Source: Methanotrichaceae archaeon
GTDB taxonomy: Archaea > Halobacteriota > Methanosarcinia > Methanotrichales > Methanotrichaceae
Assembly (NCBI GenBank): GCA_963803145.1
Contig: CAWDLW010000016.1
Coordinates: 1 to 64,000 of the forward strand
DNA: 64,000 nucleotides
Direction: 5' to 3'
Notes under the pieces: generated by a model
Told to the model about the DNA's origin: nothing
What the model saw: the letters and a program-made list of their open reading frames with translations, nothing else
The model's database searches: none
Translations under genes and position numbers: made by a program
Shown: positions 31,788-41,546 of the stretch, piece after piece
How the letters are laid out: each line of letters opens with the position of its first letter
How positions within the stretch are numbered: position 1 is the first letter of the stretch

Positions 31788-32813
31788 TTAAGAGCCCAAA
31801 TTGCCTTTGGGCCTCTGGGCTTCAATCTCCATCCAATAGATCGCATACCATGTAAGAGTCAAATTGGGGAGATGTTCCATTGTGAGTGTCAGATTGTTCA
31901 TACCTGCCGTGGTATATTTGGACGAGATGTCGTATAGGAATGTTTTATTGCCATAATATTGTCTCCCCGAATATGGATCCCAGAGGCCTACAGGTGCACC
32001 GTTCATATAGACCTTGAAATCATCAGTCAAATTGTTATCGTCCTTCCATGCCCAGCAGTTCATTCTCACGAGGATATCCGAAGGTTTAGAGAGATTGAAC
32101 TTTATATTTACCCCATGCACCTGGCCGCTATATCCTGGGCTTAGTATTCTCTCCGGGAACTTATTCAATGGCTCCCCAATGGTATAAGTAGGAGTACAAG
32201 TTCCATAAGTCGAGCAGAAGGCCGAGCCTAATGTTGGCTCCTCCATACCGAGAACTGCCCTTCCCATGCTATTTTCAAGCGTCATCGTTGAGAAGCCGTA
32301 GAAGATATTGGCATCACTCGGCAGATTCTCCATGCTTAGTAGAATTTTATTCATGCCATGCCTTGTGAACCTTGAAGGTATCTCGTAAAGGAAGCCCCTG
32401 TCTTCGGATGACTCATTTCCGTTATAAGGGTTCCAATCGCCCACGAACTGATCGTTTACAAAGACCTCGATATCGTCCGTCCTGTTGGCCAGATCGATGT
32501 AGTCAAGCCGTCCGCCCAGCTTTACAGTCAAATCCGATGGATCGGGAAGACTAAAAACTATATTCAGTCCATGAACAAAGCCATCGTAGTAAGGGCCGTA
32601 TATGCCCTTGGGCACAGCATTATCTGTGCCTACTATGACCACAGGAGTGGATGTTCCATAATCTGCAATCTCCCTTGAGCCACAATGAGTTCCGTCCGCG
32701 CCAATCATCATAGTAGTAGTATTATCGCTTGATTGTCCCTGGGCGGTTGCTAAGCCCGCGTTCGCACCAAGGACAAGCAGCATTAAAAGGGATATGAATA
32801 TAATTGCTCGCAT
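31788..32813 (-). CDS. Secreted protein with two tandem beta-sandwich (CBM-like) domains
   Basis: Signal peptide; two alignable ~150 aa halves ('VHG.NI.F.L..PSD','TDD..V..N...VG.W.PY','FLY.I.S..T..GMN...L.ME.LP'). Confidence 0.8.
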   Translation of the reverse strand: MRAIIFISLLMLLVLGANAGLATAQGQSSDNTTTMMIGADGTHCGSREIADYGTSTPVVIVGTDNAVPKGIYGPYYDGFVHGLNIVFSLPDPSDLTVKLGGRLDYIDLANRTDDIEVFVNDQFVGDWNPYNGNESSEDRGFLYEIPSRFTRHGMNKILLSMENLPSDANIFYGFSTMTLENSMGRAVLGMEEPTLGSAFCSTYGTCTPTYTIGEPLNKFPERILSPGYSGQVHGVNIKFNLSKPSDILVRMNCWAWKDDNNLTDDFKVYMNGAPVGLWDPYSGRQYYGNKTFLYDISSKYTTAGMNNLTLTMEHLPNLTLTWYAIYWMEIEAQRPKGNLGS

Positions 32814-32882
32814 ATTTTCCTCCTGCTACCCTTATCTATTATGCTACGGTACCTAAAAGATTTCCTTCGAATAGTTTGCAAA

Positions 32883-33290
32883 CTAGGTCTCCAAGATTTC
32901 TATGAGTCCTTTATCCGCATCGACTATCATATAAGTGCCATCTTTCAGATAGAGCAAATCTTCGGTGACTCCATCTACCAATGGAATTCCGCTAATGACT
33001 GCGCCTATTGCTACAATCGGCTCTGATTTAAGATTTATCATAGCCGCTGGAGCCTTGCCCCTCTTCTTGAGCTGGTAAATGATATATGATCCTACTGTCG
33101 AGCCCTTGCCCCCGGGAAAGATCAGTACCCTACCTGCGATGCACTTTCCATAAAGCTCATGCTCTGGATCTACAACTTCGCCTGTTTCAGGGCTCACATT
33201 TCCGAGGAAAGAGAGCGCATCCCTTGTCACCATAGCTTCGCCTGCTGCACAGCCTGATGATACTTTATGGCATCTAATCTTCAGACTCAT
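32883..33290 (-). CDS. Aconitase X swivel subunit / phosphomevalonate dehydratase small subunit (DUF126)
   Basis: 'SFLG.V.P.TG','GKGSTVGSY','APAAMI...EPIVA.GA'; ATGA overlap with the large subunit. Confidence 0.92.
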   Translation of the reverse strand: MSLKIRCHKVSSGCAAGEAMVTRDALSFLGNVSPETGEVVDPEHELYGKCIAGRVLIFPGGKGSTVGSYIIYQLKKRGKAPAAMINLKSEPIVAIGAVISGIPLVDGVTEDLLYLKDGTYMIVDADKGLIEILET

Positions 33291-34456
33291 CGCCCCCCTG
33301 CCGCTACGCGGATGCATTCCTCAGTGCTTCCAAAGCATGCCTTTATGCCGCATAGCCCCGGAATATAGGCCAGGGCTTTGCCAGAGTCCGTCATCATCTT
33401 ATCAAAGCGTTCGCTCGCGGGAGATACGACCATGCAGGTATCGCAGATTACCTTTGCGCCACTCGCTTCAATCCTGGCAACAAGATCGGGACATGCTTCT
33501 GCGATCTTTCTGGCAGTGCAGATCCAAAGCTCTTTTACAGCCCTCTTGCCGTCAAGCAGATCTGCAATACGTAAAAGCTCTGCTGGAGAGCAATGTGGGC
33601 ATCCCAAAGCCACGATCTCGACATCGTCAGGGGAATATTTTTCATAAACCTCATCGATATCCTTTCTCTCCACAACCATTTTATCAGCGCGCTTTGCCTG
33701 TGAAGGAGGAGATGGCGTAACATCCTCTACATAATAAAGGGCTACAGAGCCGCTTGCTGCCATCGCTGCACCAAGAGATTTCAGTTCATCAACGCTCGGC
33801 CGGCATTTCAGCCGAAAGATAGGTACACCATCTTTTACAGTCTTACCAACAAGAAAGCCGAGAGCGCCATAATCAGAGCCCTTCAGAACAATATCTGCAA
33901 CTACTAAGTGTGTGGGAACTCTGTTCTCATCCAGATGGTACCCGTAGAGTGGGGTCTTTCCAACGAGTGCAGCAGCCAGTGCAGACGGTCCGCCCTCACG
34001 GTTTGTTCTCGCGCCTATGACTGAGTTCGCATAAGATACTGCGGATGATTCGCTCCAAGCTAAATGATCCCCTTTGCGAACTGTACCAGGATAAATCCTG
34101 TAAGGTATGCAGGTGCAGTCATCTGCTATTCCAAGCTGCCTATATGCATCTATCGTGGCCTTTTGCTTTAACGCGAAATCCTCATCAATCCCCATATCTT
34201 GCCAGCGCAATAGATCCATGCCTGCGGGATTGAGAATGCTTGGGACAGAAACACGCCCGCGCAGATCAGATATCCACTCAAGGCCTGCATCTCCGATATT
34301 CTTGTAGGAGACTCCTGCAATCTGGACGCTTCTAATGGGTATCAGGCGACTCGCGTTATAGATATCTCCAAGAGCAACAAGGATTTCCATGGCCCTTCGC
34401 AGCGTTTCTCCCTGCTCTCCGCTTAGATAGCGTTCCTCCTCGGAGGAAAGATACAT
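33287..34456 (-). CDS. Aconitase X catalytic subunit / phosphomevalonate dehydratase large subunit (DUF521)
   Basis: 'GVSYKNIGDAG','CTCIPY','WSESSA','RTNREGGPSAL','GCPHCS','DTCMVV'. Confidence 0.93.
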   Translation of the reverse strand: MYLSSEEERYLSGEQGETLRRAMEILVALGDIYNASRLIPIRSVQIAGVSYKNIGDAGLEWISDLRGRVSVPSILNPAGMDLLRWQDMGIDEDFALKQKATIDAYRQLGIADDCTCIPYRIYPGTVRKGDHLAWSESSAVSYANSVIGARTNREGGPSALAAALVGKTPLYGYHLDENRVPTHLVVADIVLKGSDYGALGFLVGKTVKDGVPIFRLKCRPSVDELKSLGAAMAASGSVALYYVEDVTPSPPSQAKRADKMVVERKDIDEVYEKYSPDDVEIVALGCPHCSPAELLRIADLLDGKRAVKELWICTARKIAEACPDLVARIEASGAKVICDTCMVVSPASERFDKMMTDSGKALAYIPGLCGIKACFGSTEECIRVAAGGR

Positions 34457-34491
34457 GACTAGTGCCTTCAAACGCGCTGGTATAAATCACT

Positions 34492-35415
34492 TCAGACCAA
34501 CATGTTCAGAGGATGCTTGGGGACTGGCCAGATATCTAAGTCGTGTACGGCCTCAGCAACCAGAATATCTGCCATAGCTGCCACAGGAAAGATGAAATCC
34601 GCATTCTCAATAGGCCCATAAAGCAGGAAATCGCCTGCTGCCAGAAGCTGCATTGCAGCTGCAGCAGCGTCGCAACATTTCTTCTCCATGATGCTTTTGC
34701 TTTTAAGCCACTGCCAGGCACTTACAGCATTATGTATGCCTGAACCTACCGGCAAGCCCAGCTTTGCTTTGGCAACGACTGAAAAACGCAAGGATGATCC
34801 GGCTCCGCTCCCCAGCGGCACGACTCCAGGATCTATCATCAAGTTCGTCATCCCCAGATCCCTTGCCAAAGACAATAGCCCCTGCTTCTTTACAGATCCT
34901 CCATTCTCAAGCGCATTCATACAGCCGTCGACGCTTGAGTCTGAAGGGTTGTAAGCCAGGATGATAGCCGAATCAATCTCGGATCTCAGCAGAGCATCGG
35001 CCTCATCATCAGGGGTTCCGAGGCTGATGCTGTTATAAACTGTCTTGTCTGCAAACCCGAGTTCCGAGACAAGGCTTGCCATATTTGTCCGAACAGCTGG
35101 ATCTGCAGAATCTATTATCAGAGGACCTGACCAGGTTTCATCGGCAAAGCTGAGGTATCTATCGAATGCCCTGGCTGTTCTCGCGTAGATATGAAGCATG
35201 GTGGGGATGCCCGTCTCCTCTGAGAGTTCGGACTGCCTATTAACAAGGATCTCAGCCTTCTCTCTATGGAAGATGCCATTATCTTCGTCTCCGACTATTT
35301 TATGGCCCTGGTAGAAGATGGTGCCGCAGAGAACTGTTGGATATTCCCCTGGTTGTCCTCCTAACCTTATACCCCCGATGTTTACAACCGATTGTTCGCG
35401 CTTAAATCTATACAA
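34492..35415 (-). CDS. Second MtrH-family methyltransferase (MtxH-like)
   Basis: 'MYRFKREQ...GGQPGEYPTVL.GTIFY','GSGIHNA','DFLLYGPIENA'; paralog of mtrH at 18234. Confidence 0.92.
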   Translation of the reverse strand: MYRFKREQSVVNIGGIRLGGQPGEYPTVLCGTIFYQGHKIVGDEDNGIFHREKAEILVNRQSELSEETGIPTMLHIYARTARAFDRYLSFADETWSGPLIIDSADPAVRTNMASLVSELGFADKTVYNSISLGTPDDEADALLRSEIDSAIILAYNPSDSSVDGCMNALENGGSVKKQGLLSLARDLGMTNLMIDPGVVPLGSGAGSSLRFSVVAKAKLGLPVGSGIHNAVSAWQWLKSKSIMEKKCCDAAAAAMQLLAAGDFLLYGPIENADFIFPVAAMADILVAEAVHDLDIWPVPKHPLNMLV

Positions 35416-35418
35416 TTT

Positions 35419-36027
35419 CTATTCCTCCAGGGCAATCCAGGCAGATGAATCCACTACTATACCGCAGCCAAAGAATAGATCGCCTTTTTCAGCCTTTGCA
35501 TCCGTCCCTATATCCATTCGCCTTGCCCTTTTCTTTAAAACCAAAAAAGGCTTCTCTGGATAAGGCACGGAGCGTAGGCTGTACTCTCCGATCAGCTCCT
35601 CGATCTTCTGCTTATCTACAAGTCCTATCTTATCTATTACAGTAACCTGATCCTGGAACCTCTTTATGGCATCTCGCGGAAGGTTCTGGATGAATGGTAT
35701 CGCTCCCTTGGAGCCTATGATTCTGCCAGCATCATCTATGCCGTTTCTATGCAGTGCGATAAGTGTATTTCCCGGCAGGTGACCTTTTGATTCGATGCCG
35801 CATATCAAGAGAAAACGTATATTGGAATTGGAGATCACATTTGCAACTATCTTTTCAATGCCGAGGTTCTCCGTTTTGCATGGGCCGATGAGGCTCGCGC
35901 CTTCTGCGCGAAGCGAGCTTGCTAGAGTGACGACAGCTACAGATCCCTCCGGACTGCCCACTACGTAGTCGCCTCGAATCGGCGGCCAAGGGTCATCATA
36001 TCCTTTCACAATATGATCTGAGGTCAT
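35419..36027 (-). CDS. Soluble MtrA-family corrinoid protein (MtxA-like)
   Basis: 'WPPIRGDY','GPCKTENLGIEK','NIRF','ESKGH','GAIPFIQNL'; no C-terminal TM anchor. Confidence 0.92.
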   Translation of the reverse strand: MTSDHIVKGYDDPWPPIRGDYVVGSPEGSVAVVTLASSLRAEGASLIGPCKTENLGIEKIVANVISNSNIRFLLICGIESKGHLPGNTLIALHRNGIDDAGRIIGSKGAIPFIQNLPRDAIKRFQDQVTVIDKIGLVDKQKIEELIGEYSLRSVPYPEKPFLVLKKRARRMDIGTDAKAEKGDLFFGCGIVVDSSAWIALEE

Positions 36028-36207
36028 AATCTCAAGTATCTCTGATCTTCACACGATAATAAAGAAAGCCCTTTTAAAGATTAAATTAGCTTTCGTCTAA
36101 TGCATGGAGAAATAAAGATGACTGTAATATGAAAAATAGAAATATGAGAATGAGAAAATAGGGTGTGCTCATGAGACAATGTTGTTATGGGAATCACGGT
36201 GGCGTTG

Positions 36208-36594
36208 ATGACTTCATACAAGGATAGGATCCTGGATGTTATCCGGTCGTCCGATGTAGGGCTTACCACAGTGGATGTAGCCAAGCGATCGGACGTAAGC
36301 AAAACAACTGTAATAAAATACCTCTCTGTGCTCAGATCTGAAGACCAGGTCGAGTTCGTAGAGGTAGGTCCCTCAAAGCTCTGGAGGATCAAAAGCCACA
36401 TTGAGAAATCGCCAGATGAGCAAAAGCATGGAGCGACAAGGCTAGAGATTGAGCCGCTTCCAGTGGTAGATATTGATCTATGTGACGGCGATGAGAAGAC
36501 GGTCTATTTCTCGTTCAGAGTAAATCCTGAACAAATCTGTTCGCTAATGAAGCGCGCGAAGAAATGCGTATGCAAAGTTGCGGATTCTTATTGA
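36208..36594 (+). CDS. Winged-HTH domain protein
   Basis: 'ILDVIRSSDVGLTTVDVAKRSDVSKTTVIKYLSVL...VGPSKLW'. Confidence 0.8.
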   Translation: MTSYKDRILDVIRSSDVGLTTVDVAKRSDVSKTTVIKYLSVLRSEDQVEFVEVGPSKLWRIKSHIEKSPDEQKHGATRLEIEPLPVVDIDLCDGDEKTVYFSFRVNPEQICSLMKRAKKCVCKVADSY

Positions 36595-36620
36595 TGTATA
36601 TGTAATTATGAGGCCTGTAG

Positions 36621-37985
36621 ATGCATATACCAAATGAAATCAGAGACTTCTTTAATATTGAAAGAGGTCAGACGCTTCTTATAAAGGGGCTGCCTGGAAC
36701 AGGCAAGACCACTCTAGCTTTGGAGATAATGAATGCCCTCTGTGAAAAAAACAATGGATTATATATCTCAACGAGAGTGGACCCTGAACGCCTCTACGCG
36801 ACGCACCCTTGGGTAAAGGGTGTGCTGCCGCCTAAGAATGTGATCAATGCAACCCAGGCAAAGCTGCTTGAAAGCCTAAAAAGCCTAAGCAAGGATGTTT
36901 CCGATTACTACGCTGTTCTCGATTTCTTTAAAGTATTCTTTGATGAGGCAGAGGAGATGGATAACCCTCTGATAGCAATAGATAGTTGGGATGCAGTTCT
37001 AAATTACACTTCTCAGTTCATTGGCAATTCACAGCATAGCTTCGAGCAGAACATCTGCGAGTTCGCGCGTGATCTGGATACGCACCTTATATTTGTGAGC
37101 GAGTTTGCGAATGTGATGCCTTTGGACTATATCGTAGATGGCGTGGCAACTATGGAGCAGTTCAAGATCCAAGGAGGATCTGGCAAGGACGGCCCGAGCG
37201 ACATGAGGACGCGATATGCCCGCCAGATAAGGCTCGATAAGCTCAGGGGTGTAGAGATCAAGCAGAAAACGTACACCTCAACCCTCCATGGAGGCAGGTT
37301 CAGATGCTTCAAGCCCTATGGAGAACATCTAGATGCCAGGATTGCAAGCGATGTAACCAGGATTCCGGATCCAGGCGAGGATAGAATATCAACTGGAATA
37401 CCGGATCTGGATAAAGCCATTGGTGGTCTCAGGTACGGCTCATGCAACGTGATGGAGATCGATTACGGCGTAGGCAAAAGATACTACCAGATGCTGACCG
37501 CTCTCGCATCGAATGCCTTGAAAAACGGCCGGGGCGTGTTCATACTTCCAAGCATTGGCTACCAGCTAAGCTCTCGTGATATCTTCGTCCCGACAAACAT
37601 AGTAGTTGCGCAACCTAAGGATATGGGCCCCGAGGAATGGTCCAAGGATATGCTTAAAAAATGGGATGAGCTGCGAGAAAGGACCGGCAGGCCGATACTG
37701 AATATAATAGGCCTTGATACAATGGAGTTTGCCTTCGGCTATAAAGAGGTTCTTAATATGGCAAACCTCATGATTCAGAAATGGAAGGAGACCAACGATA
37801 TAAACGTATTAGTAGTAAAGACCGGCCAGGAGAGCCTCAACATGGCCATACATACCGCGGACACATACTTCCTTGTGAACGAGCTGAACGGCGGGCTGTG
37901 TCTTTATGGTGTCATCCCTAGAACTGAACCGTATAACATGCTTCTGGAAGAGAGGAATAGGATAAGCCTGACACCTATCGTCTAG
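36621..37985 (+). CDS. GvpD/KaiC-like RecA-fold ATPase
   Basis: 'TLLIKGLPGTGKT','IDSWDA','LDYIVDGV','KLRG'; second domain 'ISTGIPDLD' with a degenerate Walker A. Confidence 0.8.
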   Translation: MHIPNEIRDFFNIERGQTLLIKGLPGTGKTTLALEIMNALCEKNNGLYISTRVDPERLYATHPWVKGVLPPKNVINATQAKLLESLKSLSKDVSDYYAVLDFFKVFFDEAEEMDNPLIAIDSWDAVLNYTSQFIGNSQHSFEQNICEFARDLDTHLIFVSEFANVMPLDYIVDGVATMEQFKIQGGSGKDGPSDMRTRYARQIRLDKLRGVEIKQKTYTSTLHGGRFRCFKPYGEHLDARIASDVTRIPDPGEDRISTGIPDLDKAIGGLRYGSCNVMEIDYGVGKRYYQMLTALASNALKNGRGVFILPSIGYQLSSRDIFVPTNIVVAQPKDMGPEEWSKDMLKKWDELRERTGRPILNIIGLDTMEFAFGYKEVLNMANLMIQKWKETNDINVLVVKTGQESLNMAIHTADTYFLVNELNGGLCLYGVIPRTEPYNMLLEERNRISLTPIV

Positions 37986-38332
37986 CTTTATTTTTTAGGG
38001 ATTTTTCGTCTGCATTTTGTTTCTCAAGCCATGCTGTACACTGTAATCCAGGCATTCTGCAATCAGGCTCAGCAACTCATTATCGGGTATCTGCTCACAT
38101 AGACTGTTCGATCTCTAGGAGATGCAAAGCAGCCTTTCACGATGGTAGATTATCTCAAAAGGCTGTGGTATCCTTGGAGCAAAAAGACTATGGCTGATTG
38201 GGTGGCCGGCCATATGCTGTATATTCACCTTATGCATATGGTACGGCCATTTGCGCCCACAGCGGAAACCGCATTATGAGTGCGCTAGGGATAGACAGCG
38301 GATATCAGAGATTGAGATCTGTATATCCAGAT

Positions 38333-38842
38333 TCAAGCTGTGCTGTGGTAACCTTTGGCCATCCTTGATGCAGCCTCTTTACGCAGCATTTGCGCAAACT
38401 CCTCCTCCTCAGAGAAGATCAGAGTATGGGTTGGGCAGGCATCGACGCAGGCAGGTTGTTTTCTATCGCCGCAGCGATCACATTTCACAGCCACACGTCC
38501 CTCTTTTTGCCTGCTTATCACTCCATAGGGACATATCATAGCGCACATCCAGCAGCCGATGCACCTCTCAGCATCTCTATCCACAGCGCCAGTTGATAGA
38601 TCCTGTCTCATTGCCCCTGTACGGCAGACCGCCACACAGGGTGCGTCCTCACAGTGCCTGCAGACCAGGGGCATCTTCTGGCCGTCTGCCTGCTCGACAT
38701 ATAACCTACGCACAGGGAGGGGCTTCTCAGAGATGGCCCCATAGAGGCTCTTGTTTTTGGAGTGCTCTATTGCACACGCCATCTCGCATGATCTACAGCC
38801 CATGCATCTGTCCAGGCGAACAAATATTTCCTTCATCTTCAC
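38333..38842 (-). CDS. cooF: CooF-type iron-sulfur protein
   Basis: 'CMGCRSCEMAC','CRHCEDAPCVAVC','CIGCWMCAMICP','KCDRC...PACVDACP'; overlaps the cooS stop. Confidence 0.9.
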   Translation of the reverse strand: MKMKEIFVRLDRCMGCRSCEMACAIEHSKNKSLYGAISEKPLPVRRLYVEQADGQKMPLVCRHCEDAPCVAVCRTGAMRQDLSTGAVDRDAERCIGCWMCAMICPYGVISRQKEGRVAVKCDRCGDRKQPACVDACPTHTLIFSEEEEFAQMLRKEAASRMAKGYHSTA

Positions 38843-40686
38843 AGCCCCAGCTTGGTGCGCTGGCTCTCTATATGATCAATCATGAGCTTCGATGCCTTAA
38901 TGGGATCGGGCTCGACTGCGAAAGAGCCTCCAACGACATCCTTGGCGCCTTTTGTAAGCAAGGCAGCAACATTCTGGCTTCCGAGAACAGGAGGAACCGT
39001 TCCCAGAACTGTGTAGACTCCAGAGGCAACGACATAGGCCCCAATTGCAACTGCCTTCTCGCTCATCCATTCAGGCGCAGCTCCCGCAGCAGGCAGATCG
39101 CTTATATCAACACCAAGTGCGTTTGCTATAGCTGCAGCAGCGACGAGAATCCTGCTGATATCCACGCAAGATCCCATATGTAGAACTGGCGGAACACCTA
39201 GAGCCTTGCAGACGCCTTTTAGGCCGTCCCCGGCAAGGTCTGCAGCCTCCGGCAAAAGGAGGCCAGCTTTTGCGCATGCCAGGGCGTTGCATCCTGTCGT
39301 TACTACTAATATATTGTTCTTTATCAGCTCCTTCACAAGATTTACGTGGCCCGAGTCCTGCTTAATCTTTGGATTATTACATCCAACGACTGCGCCCAAG
39401 CCCCGTATGGCACCGCTCTTTATTGCGCCGAGCAATGGATCGAGCGAGCCGCCAAGCGCATTTACAATTGCCTCAACGCTGAAGCCGACCATTGCCTTGG
39501 ACTTGATATCAGGTATGTGAACTTTGGCAGGATCACGATTTTTATAATTCATGACTGCTGTTCGGACGATTGCTATGGAGGTCTCATAGGCATTTTCCGG
39601 ATGAACCTCCATGTGGGTCGCTCCAGGGAACTTGGCCTTTGGCGATGTGGATATGAACTTCGTGTGGAAGCATCCGGCGAGTGTGCCAAGCGCCGGCATC
39701 ACGCACTGCACATCCACAACCATTGCATCAACAGCGCCTGTGGTGATAGCGAGCTCCTGCTGAAGGAAGTTGCCTGCTGCTGGAACGCCGTATCGCATTA
39801 GAATTTCGTTGCCCGTGCAGCACATTCCGGCAACGTTTATGCCCTTTGCACCCTGACCAATGGCCAGATCAATCATTCCTGGATCGGATGCTGCGGCCAC
39901 GATCATCTCTGATAAAAGTGGCTCGTGTCCGTGGACAATGATGTTCACCTCATCCTTCTCGAGGACGCCCAAGTTCGCTTCAGTGATCGTCGGAACTGGT
40001 GTGCCGAAGATGACGTCCTGGAGTTCAGTTGCTATCATCGATCCACCCCAGCCGTCAGCCAGGCTCGCTCTAAGGCCCTGAAGTATCAGGTTGACATAGT
40101 CGCTGTCAACGCCCATAGTCGTTCTGTGCATTATCTCAACAATTTCGCGATCTATTCCACGAGGGACTATGCCGAGGCTCTTCCAGAGGTTCTGGCGCTT
40201 TAGCGGAGCACGACTGATGAATTGAATTGGGCCCTCCTGACTTCCGAACTCTGCAAGGATGGCATCTGCCAAAGCTATCTGATCGGATACGCCGTACTCC
40301 TTCATCAGACGCTCCATCTTTGCCTGATCGGTTATGCTGTAGCCAGGCGCCTTGCCCTCAGCCATAAGCTTGAAGGTAATGCTCACATCCCTCGCATGGT
40401 CTGAATGAGCAGATGCGCCTGCTGCTATGGCTCTGAGCAGATTCCGGGCGACGATTGTATCGGCCGTTGCCCCACAAGCCCCCTTAGTTGCGCCTTCGCC
40501 AAATGGATCGATGCGGCATGGCCCCATGTTACAATTTCGACAGCACAGGCCAAGCTCTCCAAAGCCGCAATGGGGCTCTTGCTTTTCAAAGCGATCCCAT
40601 ACTGTCTCTATACCTGCTCGCTGCGCCACAGTAAGCATCTCCTGGCTTGCAGGATCTATTGACATGTCACGAATATCTTTGGCCAT
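38839..40686 (-). CDS. cooS: Anaerobic Ni-Fe carbon monoxide dehydrogenase catalytic subunit
   Basis: 'CCRNCNMGPC','HGHEP','MCCTGNE','DVQC','GCNNP','GSCVD','EWMSEKA'. Confidence 0.96.
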   Translation of the reverse strand: MAKDIRDMSIDPASQEMLTVAQRAGIETVWDRFEKQEPHCGFGELGLCCRNCNMGPCRIDPFGEGATKGACGATADTIVARNLLRAIAAGASAHSDHARDVSITFKLMAEGKAPGYSITDQAKMERLMKEYGVSDQIALADAILAEFGSQEGPIQFISRAPLKRQNLWKSLGIVPRGIDREIVEIMHRTTMGVDSDYVNLILQGLRASLADGWGGSMIATELQDVIFGTPVPTITEANLGVLEKDEVNIIVHGHEPLLSEMIVAAASDPGMIDLAIGQGAKGINVAGMCCTGNEILMRYGVPAAGNFLQQELAITTGAVDAMVVDVQCVMPALGTLAGCFHTKFISTSPKAKFPGATHMEVHPENAYETSIAIVRTAVMNYKNRDPAKVHIPDIKSKAMVGFSVEAIVNALGGSLDPLLGAIKSGAIRGLGAVVGCNNPKIKQDSGHVNLVKELIKNNILVVTTGCNALACAKAGLLLPEAADLAGDGLKGVCKALGVPPVLHMGSCVDISRILVAAAAIANALGVDISDLPAAGAAPEWMSEKAVAIGAYVVASGVYTVLGTVPPVLGSQNVAALLTKGAKDVVGGSFAVEPDPIKASKLMIDHIESQRTKLGL

Positions 40687-40894
40687 ATCTATCTCCCTCA
40701 ATGATAATAATAAAACGAGGTCTCTCCGATCCGATACTACTTAGCTTTTGGCCTTTATTTTAAGCAGCCTTCTTAGAGCTAAGAATGATTTAATTGCTGA
40801 GTGGAAGCCTTATTCGTTTGTGTTTTCGCGGGCGACACTCTGCGACTAAACAGTAGTAATGTTGCTAATGTTACCATAAATATGCCAGTAAGCG

Positions 40895-40977
40895 AGGCAC
40901 CCTGCCTCTACTTTTCCGCTCCTTGCCTTATCGGGCTTACGCCTAATGCGGAGGAGGTAACGGCACTGCCTTTTTTT
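40895..40977 (+). ncRNA. Candidate small structured RNA ending in U7
   Basis: Long imperfect hairpin AGGCA..TGCC..TACTTTTCCGC / GCGGAGGAGGTA..GGCA.TGCCT with G-U pairs on the plus strand, then TTTTTTT; no plausible plus-strand gene upstream to terminate. Confidence 0.35.
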
Positions 40978-41546
40978 GGACAGAATGGTGAGTTCAATTC
41001 TCTAACTGACCTTTCGGGGAAATGCTGCTATAATTCGATAGAGTTGATGAAGGTAGTAAGCCCTGAGATATCTTAGGGCAGATATGTCATGAGAAATATA
41101 ACTCTGATCTTTGGCGAGACTGCCTTTAAGTTCTCCCAGCGTAATATCGATGCAGGTCTAATAGCCTACCGCCAATGATTCTAACCAGATTTCCAATCCA
41201 GCATTATATACTCACATTGGAGGGGATAGACGCACCCTCTCGCAGTGTGATCTTTGAGCATGATGTTGAGGATTCGCTCGGAAACATGGCAAGGAAGTTT
41301 TGGAATGAAAGCATCAACAATGTACGTTAAATATGGTTCTAAATTATTTATTTAATGTACTATTGTTATGTTTGCTATCATAAAAATCATTAAATTATGT
41401 TTCGATGATTTATCATGGGCTATATAATTCAAAAAATTACTTGGCTTAATTTACCGATAGACTTAAAGTTATCGACATTAAACGAAGTCCTATCGCCAAA
41501 GAACGATAATAGTATCGTCGGAGGGCGATAATGGAGGTTTGATCTA

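Noticed and set aside
40801-41076. 91 aa ORF upstream of cooS
   Set aside because: No SD or domain; the region is better explained as structured non-coding DNA.
40690-41100. Known riboswitch (NiCo, Moco, fluoride, cobalamin) ahead of cooS
   Set aside because: Consensus motifs for these classes were not recognisable on either strand.
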